Below are positions 37,506 to 47,507 of a stretch of 64,000 bases of DNA, piece after piece (position 1 is the first letter of the stretch; each line of letters begins with the position of its first letter). Below the pieces are notes generated by a model. The model made no database searches, was not told the DNA's origin, and worked only from the letters and a program-made list of their open reading frames with translations. Source of the stretch: a virus; the IMG/VR virus record IMGVR_UViG_3300044712_001084, positions 10,006 to 74,005 of that record; one strand, given 5' to 3'. Made by a program: the position numbers and the translations under genes.

Positions 37506-38068
37506 TTCAATACACCAATAAAATCATTATAGTCGTGCGCAGATCGCAATGATAATTCCTCGGATAATACATCAATCGCTCTGGTAATAAGTAATTGGCG
37601 TTCTGGAAGCTTGTCTCGATACATGCGCAACCAGGATGGGCTCAGTAGCGGCTCTATACTCATCACCAAATCCGACATGCGCACACGACCCAGCATGGCT
37701 ATGTATTGCCGCGCCACGGTCAACTCCGATTGCAATAATTCCACGTCATTCGTGTCTATAATTTCCACCGATTGAGAGCCGTGCACTTTCATAAAGCGCT
37801 TCATGGCCCATGGGCTCAGGAATATATGAGAGGGAATGTGAGGCAATTCACGACCTATAGCCCAACGCTTCAATATCCTGGTAACAGTGAACGCGTATTC
37901 ACGACTGGATATGCCTTGGTGCATCAAACTGGCTTCCAAATCCGAGAACTTGGGCCATAACTTAGATGACACATAAACGGTCACGCCAAACACCTCACTC
38001 TGTGCGCGTTGATAGTGCATGACAATGCCTGGCTTACATATAGCGGACTTCGAAACCTTCTGCATCAT
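37502..38068 (-). CDS. hypothetical protein
   Basis: ORF between the two helicases; start uncertain. Confidence 0.6.
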   Translation of the reverse strand: MMQKVSKSAICKPGIVMHYQRAQSEVFGVTVYVSSKLWPKFSDLEASLMHQGISSREYAFTVTRILKRWAIGRELPHIPSHIFLSPWAMKRFMKVHGSQSVEIIDTNDVELLQSELTVARQYIAMLGRVRMSDLVMSIEPLLSPSWLRMYRDKLPERQLLITRAIDVLSEELSLRSAHDYNDFIGVLK

Positions 38069-39407
38069 ATGTGTCCATCCTCTCACTAGATTGGTGTAAT
38101 AAATGCTCGTTGGTATCATCGATAAAATCCATAACTAGCAATCGATTATCACCAACCTCTTTCTGGCGCAGACCTCTGCCAATGCGTTGTAACAGTTTTA
38201 CAGAGGATGCGCCAGACCCAGCTAGAACCACGGCATTTACGCTGGGCACGTCTACGCCCTCGTCAAAAATAGATGTAGCTATGAAAATCCCTTTACCCAG
38301 GCGCATTCTATCCAAAATAGACAAGCGCTTTTCAGTACTATCAGAGCCGCTTACAAATATAGACTCCCGCATAAGACTTTCCAGCAACTTGCCGTGCTCT
38401 ATCCGATTTACCAGTATCAATACAGCACCGGATATGCTACGGGCAAATTTGACGATAGCGGCATTACGTTTATCGTGATTTACAATCAACTTGCTGTAAG
38501 CATCTTGATAATTCATATCCCACAAGTCATCGTCTTTTTCCTCGATAACCGCTATATGAACTATAGGCTCAGCTGAATAGCCTTTAGTGATCATGAACGC
38601 ATTAGTCACCTCGTATACTATGGGCCCAGTGGCTGCCATCAATTTGAGGTCGTTCAGAGCCTCACGCTTGAGAGGTGTACCAGACACGCCATAGCGATAA
38701 TTCCCAGGTATACTCATAAATACGTCCATGGCCTGGTCTGATGGCAGTATGTGGCACTCGTCAATAAATACGATCTTATTGTCACTATAGGTTGGCCACA
38801 ATTCATCGATAACCGCTAGACGGCTGGACAGCGTCTGGATCATGGCTACGGTCACATAATCTGGTGACCAAATCCCATCGCCAACCATACCCACGTTAGT
38901 TATACCACGTTTGATAAAACGCTCTGCTGTTTGATACATTAGCTCTTTGCGGTGCGTCAGTATAATAGCAGGCAATTCCATAGCCTTTAGTACAGCCGCC
39001 ATAACCTCTGTTTTACCTGAATTGGTGGCCATCTTAGCCACGCCGCGTCTGGCGTATATTAGAGCATTGGCAGCTTCCACTTGATAATCGCGCAGCGTTA
39101 TATCCTTTAATATAGAAGAGTCCACCACCTTGTCCATAGGATTAGCCACGTCATTGGTGTAAACGCACTCCACGCTATGGCCATTATTCAATAAGGCTTG
39201 CCGAACTAACTCCAGCAAGCCACTTGGGAAACTGCCAAAATCCTTCATTAGGGATATATAACCATCCCAAAATCCAGCCTTGAATTTTGGCATGTATTGA
39301 TAGTTATTAGGTCTTGCGCGGCATATATCGCGTATAACTGCTAATGCAGCCGCGTTATGAACTGGGTCGTGGATAGAGGAATATAGATCACCAACTAGAA
39401 TTTTCAT
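38034..39407 (-). CDS. SF2 (UvsW-like) helicase
   Basis: LRDYQ, ATNSGKT, DECH, SGTP, EGVDVP, QRIGRGLR. Confidence 0.92.
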   Translation of the reverse strand: MKILVGDLYSSIHDPVHNAAALAVIRDICRARPNNYQYMPKFKAGFWDGYISLMKDFGSFPSGLLELVRQALLNNGHSVECVYTNDVANPMDKVVDSSILKDITLRDYQVEAANALIYARRGVAKMATNSGKTEVMAAVLKAMELPAIILTHRKELMYQTAERFIKRGITNVGMVGDGIWSPDYVTVAMIQTLSSRLAVIDELWPTYSDNKIVFIDECHILPSDQAMDVFMSIPGNYRYGVSGTPLKREALNDLKLMAATGPIVYEVTNAFMITKGYSAEPIVHIAVIEEKDDDLWDMNYQDAYSKLIVNHDKRNAAIVKFARSISGAVLILVNRIEHGKLLESLMRESIFVSGSDSTEKRLSILDRMRLGKGIFIATSIFDEGVDVPSVNAVVLAGSGASSVKLLQRIGRGLRQKEVGDNRLLVMDFIDDTNEHLLHQSSERMDTYDAEGFEVRYM

Positions 39408-39425
39408 GGCCGCCAGCCTTGCTTG

Positions 39426-39465
39426 AAAGATAGATGCGAAGTTGCTATACCTCGCATCTATCTTT
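39426..39465 (-). terminator. 14-bp-stem hairpin at the tail/replication boundary
   Basis: AAAGATAGATGCGA / TCGCATCTATCTTT. Confidence 0.6.
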
Positions 39466-39476
39466 ACTAAACTTGC
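39458..39476 (-). promoter_or_regulatory. conserved phage promoter-like motif, copy 8
   Basis: GCAAGTTTAGTAAAGATAG upstream of the SF2 helicase. Confidence 0.7.
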
Positions 39477-39485
39477 GGAGCTAAC

Positions 39486-39983
39486 CTACGCTGGCCGCTT
39501 AGCTAGATACAACGTAGTTTCCATTGTATCTGCAGCGGCAGCCACGGCTGTCTTATCATAAACCTTTATGATGTAAGCTTCCGGCAGAATGAGGCCACTC
39601 GGCAGCGTCACGGTCAGGTAATCGGTATTTATGAAACTGGACATCTGCGACAAGCCCAACCCAAATTGATAATACCTGGTCAAAGACTCTGCCTGGACTG
39701 CTCCAGCCATAATGCGCGCTATGATAGCCGATGCATTAGTCAGGAATTCCAGAGTCAGTACGCGATTGCCAGCCGTAGCGGACGAGACGTATTTGACGTG
39801 CAATCCATCCAGCCGCCATTCCTGGTCAGCGGTCACTGCCCACGTTTTGACGCTCAGTGACGGAGTTATATCACGCGTGATTTCATTTACAAAACCATCG
39901 CGCATGATCAGACGTCCCTCGGTGTCGCATAAATTCCAATAGGACGATCCACTACCAGTCTTGTTAGTATTGCCTACACCCAT
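39486..39983 (-). CDS. minor structural protein (putative)
   Basis: beta-rich; last gene of the tail operon. Confidence 0.55.
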   Translation of the reverse strand: MGVGNTNKTGSGSSYWNLCDTEGRLIMRDGFVNEITRDITPSLSVKTWAVTADQEWRLDGLHVKYVSSATAGNRVLTLEFLTNASAIIARIMAGAVQAESLTRYYQFGLGLSQMSSFINTDYLTVTLPSGLILPEAYIIKVYDKTAVAAAADTMETTLYLAKRPA

Positions 39984-39984
39984 A

Positions 39985-40818
39985 TTATCCCTCCACTATG
40001 TGCTTGGATAGCACTACATCTATTTCAGCCATGGCAGCCGCTAACTGATTGGTTACATCCGATATACTGAAGATCACCCTTGGGTCTTCTACAATATCTG
40101 CCTCGGATACATAAGTCATGCCATAATAGAGCCGTATATAAGCCAATGGAAATATACCAGCTGGCACGGCTTGCTTTATTGGCGCTGGCTCTAGCGTAAG
40201 CTCTCCGTCAACCACTACAGCTGTATTCGTGCTTACGCTCAACCCAACTAGCACAGTACGAAAATAATCCACGGTGCCTGGTACATAAGACACTAATGAC
40301 AAATAATTAGTGCCATCGTACGTAACAAACGCACCGTTTACAGAATATCTAGCTGGAGCTACGCCCACGGATACGTCAGACAATAACGTATAAACACGCA
40401 ACGGTGCGATAGCTCTTGGAAATACAGACACAGCATCGATACCTGGAGCCATGTCAGGCCACTCGTGCGTGTTTCGGTGTCTAACTAGGTTATAAGTCAT
40501 GCCGTTCGCGTCATCTGGCATCATGACAAACGCAGACCAATTCACGCCAATAACCATGCGCCTGAACGGAGCGGCTGGCTCTTTAGAGATTAGCACTGGT
40601 AAACCAACCAGAGTTTGAACTGATGGATTGAAGCATTGGTATATGGCACCGTCCTGGCTCTCTTCGCGTACCCATATATAATTAGCTTTACCGTCCACCG
40701 AACAATCGTTGCTGTAATCTATGCCAACTGTTACACCTCTAGCGTAATTGCGCTTGGACTCGAATGACTGGTCCTCACGCTTGGCCGATGCTTTGATAAT
40801 ATCCCTGGTTGACGCCAT
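39985..40818 (-). CDS. minor tail protein (putative)
   Basis: position; VPAGIFPLAYIRL...DI pattern of tail-tip proteins. Confidence 0.55.
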   Translation of the reverse strand: MASTRDIIKASAKREDQSFESKRNYARGVTVGIDYSNDCSVDGKANYIWVREESQDGAIYQCFNPSVQTLVGLPVLISKEPAAPFRRMVIGVNWSAFVMMPDDANGMTYNLVRHRNTHEWPDMAPGIDAVSVFPRAIAPLRVYTLLSDVSVGVAPARYSVNGAFVTYDGTNYLSLVSYVPGTVDYFRTVLVGLSVSTNTAVVVDGELTLEPAPIKQAVPAGIFPLAYIRLYYGMTYVSEADIVEDPRVIFSISDVTNQLAAAMAEIDVVLSKHIVEG

Positions 40819-40824
40819 ACTGCC

Positions 40825-43674
40825 TCACTTGTCGCAAATGTTGTAGATGTATATACCGTGCACGGTCATACGTGTAACACCAGCACGCGTTGCTCCGGAT
40901 ATGCGTATCATATAATCAAATCCACAGTTATCCGAGTTGTTGCTATCCGGTGCCTTCATATACAACTTATCTGTAACTGGCTTTACATAGCACCATGAAT
41001 ACGAGGTCGTGCCATCACTATCACCAAAAGCCAGTAAAAAGTCTGACCATACCGCGCCACCTATAATCTCCACACCAAGAGGGCCAGTTGACACCCCATC
41101 TGTTATGGCAAAGTATAAATATTGCGGTCCTGAGCATCCAGGAAGCGCTGTCCAGTAACCGCTGTAGGACTCCACCTTATATACACTTCCAGGCACTAGA
41201 TTGTCAATCACCATATAAGGGTTATAGTAATTGACGTTCAGTGCAAAATCCGCTAGCACAGCGCCATCAGTGAACTCATATCCAGGTCTGGCCACGGCTT
41301 GGAACACTAGCGCATCGATGACCTGCGCCTCCGCCAAATTCAAGAACCTTACCACGCGATAGCCGCAACCGTTATTATCCGTGTACAGCGTCACCGTGCC
41401 TGTAGCCACGTTCACGCCATTACGCTGGCCATAAACGCGTATCCAATCCACAGTCTGCGTGGGTTCCCACACGCTGCTCAAGCGCTCGTAAAAGCACCCA
41501 TCAATGATAATATACGTCCATTGACCGTCCAGAACAGAGGATTTGCGTAGCACGACCTCGCATGGCACGGTAATCTGCGTAGAACCATAAGCACTCTCAG
41601 AGAATATATCGAAGCCGCCATGAGAGAATGGACCATTATAGCCTGGATTTATAGCCAAGCTGCACTCGTTGGGCCATACCGTGACTATATTATCAACCCA
41701 CCCATCACCTGGTATCTTGGGAGGCAATATTGATGGCGGCTTGAATGGATTAGGTGGAACCACTGGTAAAGTTGGAGGAAGAACTGGTGGATACGTGGGA
41801 TTGGTGGTATTATCGGGAATCTCCGGAACTATGACGGTCACGCCATCCACGCTATCCTCTATAACTGGCTCTAATCCGATTGTGGGCAAAGCCAAGCCAG
41901 CACTCATATCTAATCCGCTATCAACCGTGCGTATCAGATAATCGCCAACCAATCCAACACCTCTAGCAAAATAAGACCCAGGAATATTCAGAGTGATAAA
42001 CTGCTGGGGCACCACGTCCACCGGATAATTACCTGCCAGACCCAGCGACACTTCTTTCACAGTGGATTGTAATATGGCATAGAGCCGTCCAGATATGAAA
42101 TTCAGCTGCTCTTGGCTCTCTAATACCTGGCGCTCCACAGACGCGTGTGAAGATCCAACGGCATCTGGTAAAGTGCCTGGAGCCAATGACATTATAGGCA
42201 AGTATTTATCCGTGGCATCATCCCAATACACGCCAGACACCGTAATGGATGCCGTGTCATTATCCTCGTTTCTGGAGAATTCCACGCCAGAGTCTAGCCG
42301 TCTATCGGTATCTTCCATTTCAAATAGAGCCAAGCTATCTATGCGCCGCGCATCTGATAATGTATTGTAATCCTCGGTGACATAAACCTGGCCACCTTTG
42401 TTACAGCATACATGGGCAAATATACCGTATTGGCGCGCAAAATTATCCGGCATAGAGTACAGAGTACCAGTTTCCAGGTCATCGCAAGCTGGTAAGCGTA
42501 AGGTATTATCAGTGGGTAGAAATACATCAGCGATATCCATCAACGTGGAATGCCACTGCCAGAAATAATGAAGCACGCCAGACACGGTCAGAGGCTCTTT
42601 GTACTGATACCAAGTAGTGGGGTCATCCGCTACTTCCTCAACGCTCATGGAATACATATAAAACGAGTCCAGTATGCCGTCCACAGTGACCAATGACAAA
42701 CTAGCCGTATTGTTGGCATCGTCTCTAGAGGATTTATCAGAGCGTATATACCCAGCAAATTTTATATTGCCGCACGCGTCCATGTAATAGGTATCACCGT
42801 CAAATGTTTCCTCAGTCCATAAGATTATCATGGAGTTGTCTGGTATAACTGACGTAGAAGCATTAGCGCCATGTAGCTGTATAGAGGCTTGCCAGCCGCC
42901 ATCATTCCAACTGCCAGCTGGCTTGGACTCTAGTTCGAAGTCCAGTATGGGCGCATGGGTACCAGTCGGCTCGTGGATACGAATAGGTCTGCGCGTGGTG
43001 CGCGTTTTATCATTCGAGTCTGTAACGGTCAGACTCAGCCAATATAAACCCGGCTCTGTAAACGTGATCAGAGTTTGAGCTATATTAGGATTAGTTATAG
43101 TACCACCAGTGCACTCCCAGTAATATCCTGTAATCGTGGCTCCATGAGCTATGGTATAGCTAGCCAACGCGTTCAGCGCCATAGATAGCTGCGTACTTCG
43201 CAGCATACCCACCTTGGGACAACCCGCTATGGCAACTGGCGGTGGGTACAACGTCTGGTCCAAATACGCTATGTCACGGTCCTTGTAGAACGTATAAGCA
43301 TCAGAGTCATCTATCCAAGGATATATTGGCCACAATTCCCAATAACGATATATGCGCAAACCCATATCCAGACTCCAAACGATATTATTTTCATCCAGAG
43401 TCAGTGTATGGTTATCTATAGAGCGCAATCTGCGCTTGGACACAATAGCGCCAGAAGCTATGTCATAGACCTCTATAGTATTGCCTGGCCTGGCATCCGT
43501 TATAGAGCCTGACAAATCGCTAACTGTTATGACGCGTGCGCCACGCTCTGGAACGTATAACCCAGTTACATGGCCTGTATAAATTTCCACTGGGGTGATA
43601 GCCGTCATATACAGCTTGACCTTGTGTGGATGCTTACCACGCAAACGCGATAATTGTTGGGCAGTTAGACTCAT
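40825..43674 (-). CDS. large tail-tip/hub protein with PKD-like domain
   Basis: ITFTEPGLYWLSLTVTDS (PKD-like); Pro-rich linker; two genes after the tape measure. Confidence 0.65.
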   Translation of the reverse strand: MSLTAQQLSRLRGKHPHKVKLYMTAITPVEIYTGHVTGLYVPERGARVITVSDLSGSITDARPGNTIEVYDIASGAIVSKRRLRSIDNHTLTLDENNIVWSLDMGLRIYRYWELWPIYPWIDDSDAYTFYKDRDIAYLDQTLYPPPVAIAGCPKVGMLRSTQLSMALNALASYTIAHGATITGYYWECTGGTITNPNIAQTLITFTEPGLYWLSLTVTDSNDKTRTTRRPIRIHEPTGTHAPILDFELESKPAGSWNDGGWQASIQLHGANASTSVIPDNSMIILWTEETFDGDTYYMDACGNIKFAGYIRSDKSSRDDANNTASLSLVTVDGILDSFYMYSMSVEEVADDPTTWYQYKEPLTVSGVLHYFWQWHSTLMDIADVFLPTDNTLRLPACDDLETGTLYSMPDNFARQYGIFAHVCCNKGGQVYVTEDYNTLSDARRIDSLALFEMEDTDRRLDSGVEFSRNEDNDTASITVSGVYWDDATDKYLPIMSLAPGTLPDAVGSSHASVERQVLESQEQLNFISGRLYAILQSTVKEVSLGLAGNYPVDVVPQQFITLNIPGSYFARGVGLVGDYLIRTVDSGLDMSAGLALPTIGLEPVIEDSVDGVTVIVPEIPDNTTNPTYPPVLPPTLPVVPPNPFKPPSILPPKIPGDGWVDNIVTVWPNECSLAINPGYNGPFSHGGFDIFSESAYGSTQITVPCEVVLRKSSVLDGQWTYIIIDGCFYERLSSVWEPTQTVDWIRVYGQRNGVNVATGTVTLYTDNNGCGYRVVRFLNLAEAQVIDALVFQAVARPGYEFTDGAVLADFALNVNYYNPYMVIDNLVPGSVYKVESYSGYWTALPGCSGPQYLYFAITDGVSTGPLGVEIIGGAVWSDFLLAFGDSDGTTSYSWCYVKPVTDKLYMKAPDSNNSDNCGFDYMIRISGATRAGVTRMTVHGIYIYNICDK

Positions 43675-44111
43675 GATGAAGGATATACCTGGAGATTGAT
43701 AAATCGCAATTGAACCGTCTGCACCACGTAAGGTGACTTGGCCACAGGCATGCCCTCTGGACCGTGAAGCAAGGGCTTCCACATAACGCAACTATAGGTG
43801 GCAAAGGCATTGCGCGGCAGCGCGTTGGTACCGTCTCGCAAATCGGTATAGATATACACGCTGGCTGATTCTCCACCGTCCAGGTAGGCTAGTAAATTGG
43901 ACAAACGCGCCAAACTTATCATGTCCCATACCCAAAACGCGGTGGCATAGCCGTCTCCAACGCGGCTGTAATCAGCCCGCATGTAGAATGCGCTAGCTGG
44001 CTGGAATATAACCTGATCTGGTACAGCTACACCTAGATCACGCAAACGCGCCATTGACCCAGCACTTCTTCCTATCTTATAATCGGTATCAAGCACGTAT
44101 CGATTTGCCAT
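43671..44111 (-). CDS. distal tail protein (putative)
   Basis: ~146 aa directly after the tape measure. Confidence 0.55.
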   Translation of the reverse strand: MANRYVLDTDYKIGRSAGSMARLRDLGVAVPDQVIFQPASAFYMRADYSRVGDGYATAFWVWDMISLARLSNLLAYLDGGESASVYIYTDLRDGTNALPRNAFATYSCVMWKPLLHGPEGMPVAKSPYVVQTVQLRFINLQVYPSS

Positions 44112-46638
44112 TGCGTGCCCTTTCAATCTCATACAAAGTATTCAAAACCACGCGCTGAATGTAGGGTTCCATTTGTGGCGCATCTAGCTTTACAGTAATA
44201 TCTACCGCTTCGCGATTAGAGCCGCCAACTGATGGCACTCTAGCTGGCGATGGAGGCATTGACCCCAGGGCAGATGCGGTCATAGTCGTTGGCGTAAGCA
44301 TAGAGGATACTAAACCAGCTTGGCCTATTTTACCGTCATTGTCATAATCCCTGTTATCGCGTATCTCCTGATCATGGAGGTCTTCGGTCACGCTGCTGCC
44401 AGCCTCTCCACCTCCAGGATTAGATATAATCTCATCAGAGCCGCCAGACGTTCCACCTCCGGACATACCGCTATAATAAGAGTTTATAGCCTCACCCAAC
44501 GCTTTGAAATAGCCACCCCAGTCATCGAGTAAAGTCTGTAAACCCTCTCTGGTGACGGCATCCATTCCAGCAAATTGCTTCACCATATCATCCAGCATCT
44601 TGCGCGTCTGACGATCACGATCTTCCTGCGCCCACTGGTCGTGTAATTCCTTTAGCTGGCGCTGTCTATCCAGATTGCGCTGATATGACTCCAATTCCTT
44701 TACGCGTGCCTCTTCTGCCTTGGCCAGCTGCTCCTGCATGGTGGCATTGATCTGCTCCATAGCCTTGTCAAAATTCTCTTGAGCTTTTTTACGGCTGTCT
44801 TCATAGGTCTTCTTCTCTTGCTCAAGCTGGCGCTTGTTACTGCGAATAAGAGCCAGTAAACCCACGGCATCACGTCTGCGCGCTAGCTCGCTAGCGTTGA
44901 AGTTGAATTCCTCTTGGATTTGCTGTAAGCGCTTACGATAATCCTCTTCTGCGTTCAGCCGTGCCTCGTTTGCCTGCTCCAGCAAATGAGTCTTGGAGTC
45001 CTCGCTGCCTTCCATAATCTGACGTATGCGCTCAGCGTGGGTGCGGGCCATATCTTCCTTGGCCCACTGACCTCGCAGTTCTTCCTCTATCGCATCGCGT
45101 TGGGCTTTGATCTGGCGCTCCAACGCGTCATCCTCCATACTCTCTTTCATTTGTTTCAGCTTAGCATTGGCTAATGACAATGCGTCAGCCAATTTATTGG
45201 CCTGTATCTCAGCGTATTTGCTGGTAGCCTCTCCTGCATTCTCTGTAGCCGTCTCGTTCTCTTTGATCAACTCGGTGGACTCTCGAACTGATTCATTGAA
45301 CCAATCCTGAACCTGCTGCCATTTATCCACTTTGAATGTATCTGATATGGCATCCCTGGCTTGCATAGCCTCTGCTATAGTGTTAGCGTTTATGGAAGAT
45401 GGATCCAAAGGATTTATAGACGCGGCAGCCTTGACAATCGTAAGCAAATTCAAGCCTATTTGAACACCCTGCTCCCAGGCTTTGAATAAAGCTGTAAATC
45501 CAGCGCGCACGAGGATGACAGACTTGGTAGCCGTGTCTAATATACCTGCCACGTCAGTCAAACTGTCTAGAAAATCTGACATGGCCTGTGGATTAGTCGA
45601 TAACAATTCAAACAATTGCGATATCGACTGCCAAGCCATATCTCCTACGCTGGCTATCTGACTCATGGCTTGTTTTATCGTATCCAATAATATAGATATC
45701 AAATCTCCGGCAGACGCAGCAGTAGCCTCCAACTCACTTTGGTGAGCCTTCAAAAAGTCCAGGATATCTGCCAGCAATTCTTTATAAGTGGTAACACCTT
45801 GAAGATAGCCAGCCTGGAATAGGCCACCAAAAATCATACTAATTTCTTCTTGATAACGCGGCAACGAGGTCAACTGCTTACCCACGGTACCCATAGCTGC
45901 CTCGTAAGTTCCTGCTATGACTTGACCTTGCCGCAAGACCTCGTTGAGCGCCACCTGCTTGCGCTCAGTGTAAGTCAACTGCTCAGCCGTCTTGCCAACC
46001 GTGGCAGCATAACGCGTATAAGCGCTCTGGAGGTCCACGGTGATATTCATATTACGTAATATCTCTGGCTGGAGAGTGACAATTGCGCTGGTAATTCTCT
46101 CGAATGCCTGGGCACTCGTGATGCCAGCGTTTACAGCCGCGTCTTGCGATACACGCGCCAGATCAGAAGCCTTGCTTAGATCCAATTCACTTTGGGCCAT
46201 TTGAATCAGCGCGTCTCTAGTCTGCTGCGTGGTAATTCCTCTGCTCTTTACCGACTCTTCGAACGCCGCCAACTGATCAGCCGTATAGCCAGCATTGCGG
46301 CCAGCAATATTGAGGGATACGCCCAACGTGTCTACCCTGGCTCGCAAATCCGCTGATGACTTGGCAAAATTGAAGAATGCGTCCACACCAGCTTCGGCCA
46401 TTTCTACCAGTTTCATAGTCAAGCCACCGATAATACCGCCAACCATACCCATCTTCAAGCCAGCATTATCTACACTTTCTTCCACACCCTTGAAACCGTT
46501 GGACGTTCTGCGCTCCATATTATCCAGACGGTCATCAAAATCCTCGAAGAACTTGTATGTCTGATCCTCTATAGAGGCTCTGAATAGCAAATCTCCGGCA
46601 TCTGGTACGGCTGGGATATCATGCGATGTTCTGGCCAT
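44089..46638 (-). CDS. tail tape measure protein
   Basis: 849 aa, Ala/Gln-rich helical with long coiled coil; follows the chaperone pair. Confidence 0.85.
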   Translation of the reverse strand: MARTSHDIPAVPDAGDLLFRASIEDQTYKFFEDFDDRLDNMERRTSNGFKGVEESVDNAGLKMGMVGGIIGGLTMKLVEMAEAGVDAFFNFAKSSADLRARVDTLGVSLNIAGRNAGYTADQLAAFEESVKSRGITTQQTRDALIQMAQSELDLSKASDLARVSQDAAVNAGITSAQAFERITSAIVTLQPEILRNMNITVDLQSAYTRYAATVGKTAEQLTYTERKQVALNEVLRQGQVIAGTYEAAMGTVGKQLTSLPRYQEEISMIFGGLFQAGYLQGVTTYKELLADILDFLKAHQSELEATAASAGDLISILLDTIKQAMSQIASVGDMAWQSISQLFELLSTNPQAMSDFLDSLTDVAGILDTATKSVILVRAGFTALFKAWEQGVQIGLNLLTIVKAAASINPLDPSSINANTIAEAMQARDAISDTFKVDKWQQVQDWFNESVRESTELIKENETATENAGEATSKYAEIQANKLADALSLANAKLKQMKESMEDDALERQIKAQRDAIEEELRGQWAKEDMARTHAERIRQIMEGSEDSKTHLLEQANEARLNAEEDYRKRLQQIQEEFNFNASELARRRDAVGLLALIRSNKRQLEQEKKTYEDSRKKAQENFDKAMEQINATMQEQLAKAEEARVKELESYQRNLDRQRQLKELHDQWAQEDRDRQTRKMLDDMVKQFAGMDAVTREGLQTLLDDWGGYFKALGEAINSYYSGMSGGGTSGGSDEIISNPGGGEAGSSVTEDLHDQEIRDNRDYDNDGKIGQAGLVSSMLTPTTMTASALGSMPPSPARVPSVGGSNREAVDITVKLDAPQMEPYIQRVVLNTLYEIERARNGKSIRA

Positions 46639-46645
46639 ATTTACC

Positions 46646-46891
46646 TCACTTCATCACTAACTCTTCTTGTAGTGTAGTCAACCACTGGCGTCCAACGCGT
46701 GCTGCTATCATAACATGTCTGGTGTATAATGGCAATGCGTACCATTGTTCATCGAACGCTATACCATGAGCCTGAGCCGTCTCTACAGCTAGCAAGCGCA
46801 CATTGAATTCCACCGGACTGGTGTCCATCTTAGTGGCGCTTGCGAACCTTTCTGCTAGTACCAGATGGAGAAGTTGGCCGTTCCACTTCAT
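46646..46891 (-). CDS. tail assembly chaperone, second ORF (possible frameshift extension)
   Basis: overlaps the upstream chaperone in the +1 frame; WYALP..TR..MIA pattern. Confidence 0.6.
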   Translation of the reverse strand: MKWNGQLLHLVLAERFASATKMDTSPVEFNVRLLAVETAQAHGIAFDEQWYALPLYTRHVMIAARVGRQWLTTLQEELVMK

Positions 46892-47432
46892 CCCGAAACC
46901 CTTGCAGGGCTGTCAGAATGCCCTGCATGGTTTCCTCCATATAAAGTGACGTTTGAATGACATTGGTAAAGTCGCTGGTTGTACGCAGCACTTGGCTCTT
47001 CATAAACGCCAGCATGCGTTTACCTGGATGCGTAGGAGCCTGAAAATCCTCGATACTGGCTTCTAGCTGCTGAACCCACTCAACGGAGTCCACGTCATAA
47101 GGTCCATCTACTATAGATACGCAATTAGCCAGTAAATAGTCACGCTTAGCCCTCTCCCGCAGCGCAGTTGCGCGCTCGTTATGGGCTTGGACCTGCTTGT
47201 GGCGCAAATATAGCGCTAGCTCTTCCTCCGAAGCATCCTCCGGCAATTTATCGGGCACGATGTAATCTTCTTCATACGTGTCACCAGAGGCTAGACGTAT
47301 TTTGCGCTTTACTGGGTTGGCGAATGGGAACGCATCCGTTATGAAATCGATATAATACGGTGGATATGGCCGCACGCTAACCGTGAAACCTGATGACAAT
47401 TTTAGTACTTTCTGCAATGAAGAGTGATCCAT
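46830..47432 (-). CDS. tail assembly chaperone
   Basis: between tail tube and tape measure; GAGG SD. Confidence 0.65.
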   Translation of the reverse strand: MDHSSLQKVLKLSSGFTVSVRPYPPYYIDFITDAFPFANPVKRKIRLASGDTYEEDYIVPDKLPEDASEEELALYLRHKQVQAHNERATALRERAKRDYLLANCVSIVDGPYDVDSVEWVQQLEASIEDFQAPTHPGKRMLAFMKSQVLRTTSDFTNVIQTSLYMEETMQGILTALQGFRDEVERPTSPSGTSRKVRKRH

Positions 47433-47447
47433 AATTCCTCTAGTAAA

Positions 47448-47482
47448 GAGGACCAGACGGCATGCTAACACGTCTGGTCCTC
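47448..47482 (-). terminator. terminator after the major tail gene
   Basis: 12-bp stem GAGGACCAGACG / CGTCTGGTCCTC then TTT. Confidence 0.7.
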
Positions 47483-47507
47483 ATACCAATATATTACAAC
47501 CGCTAAC

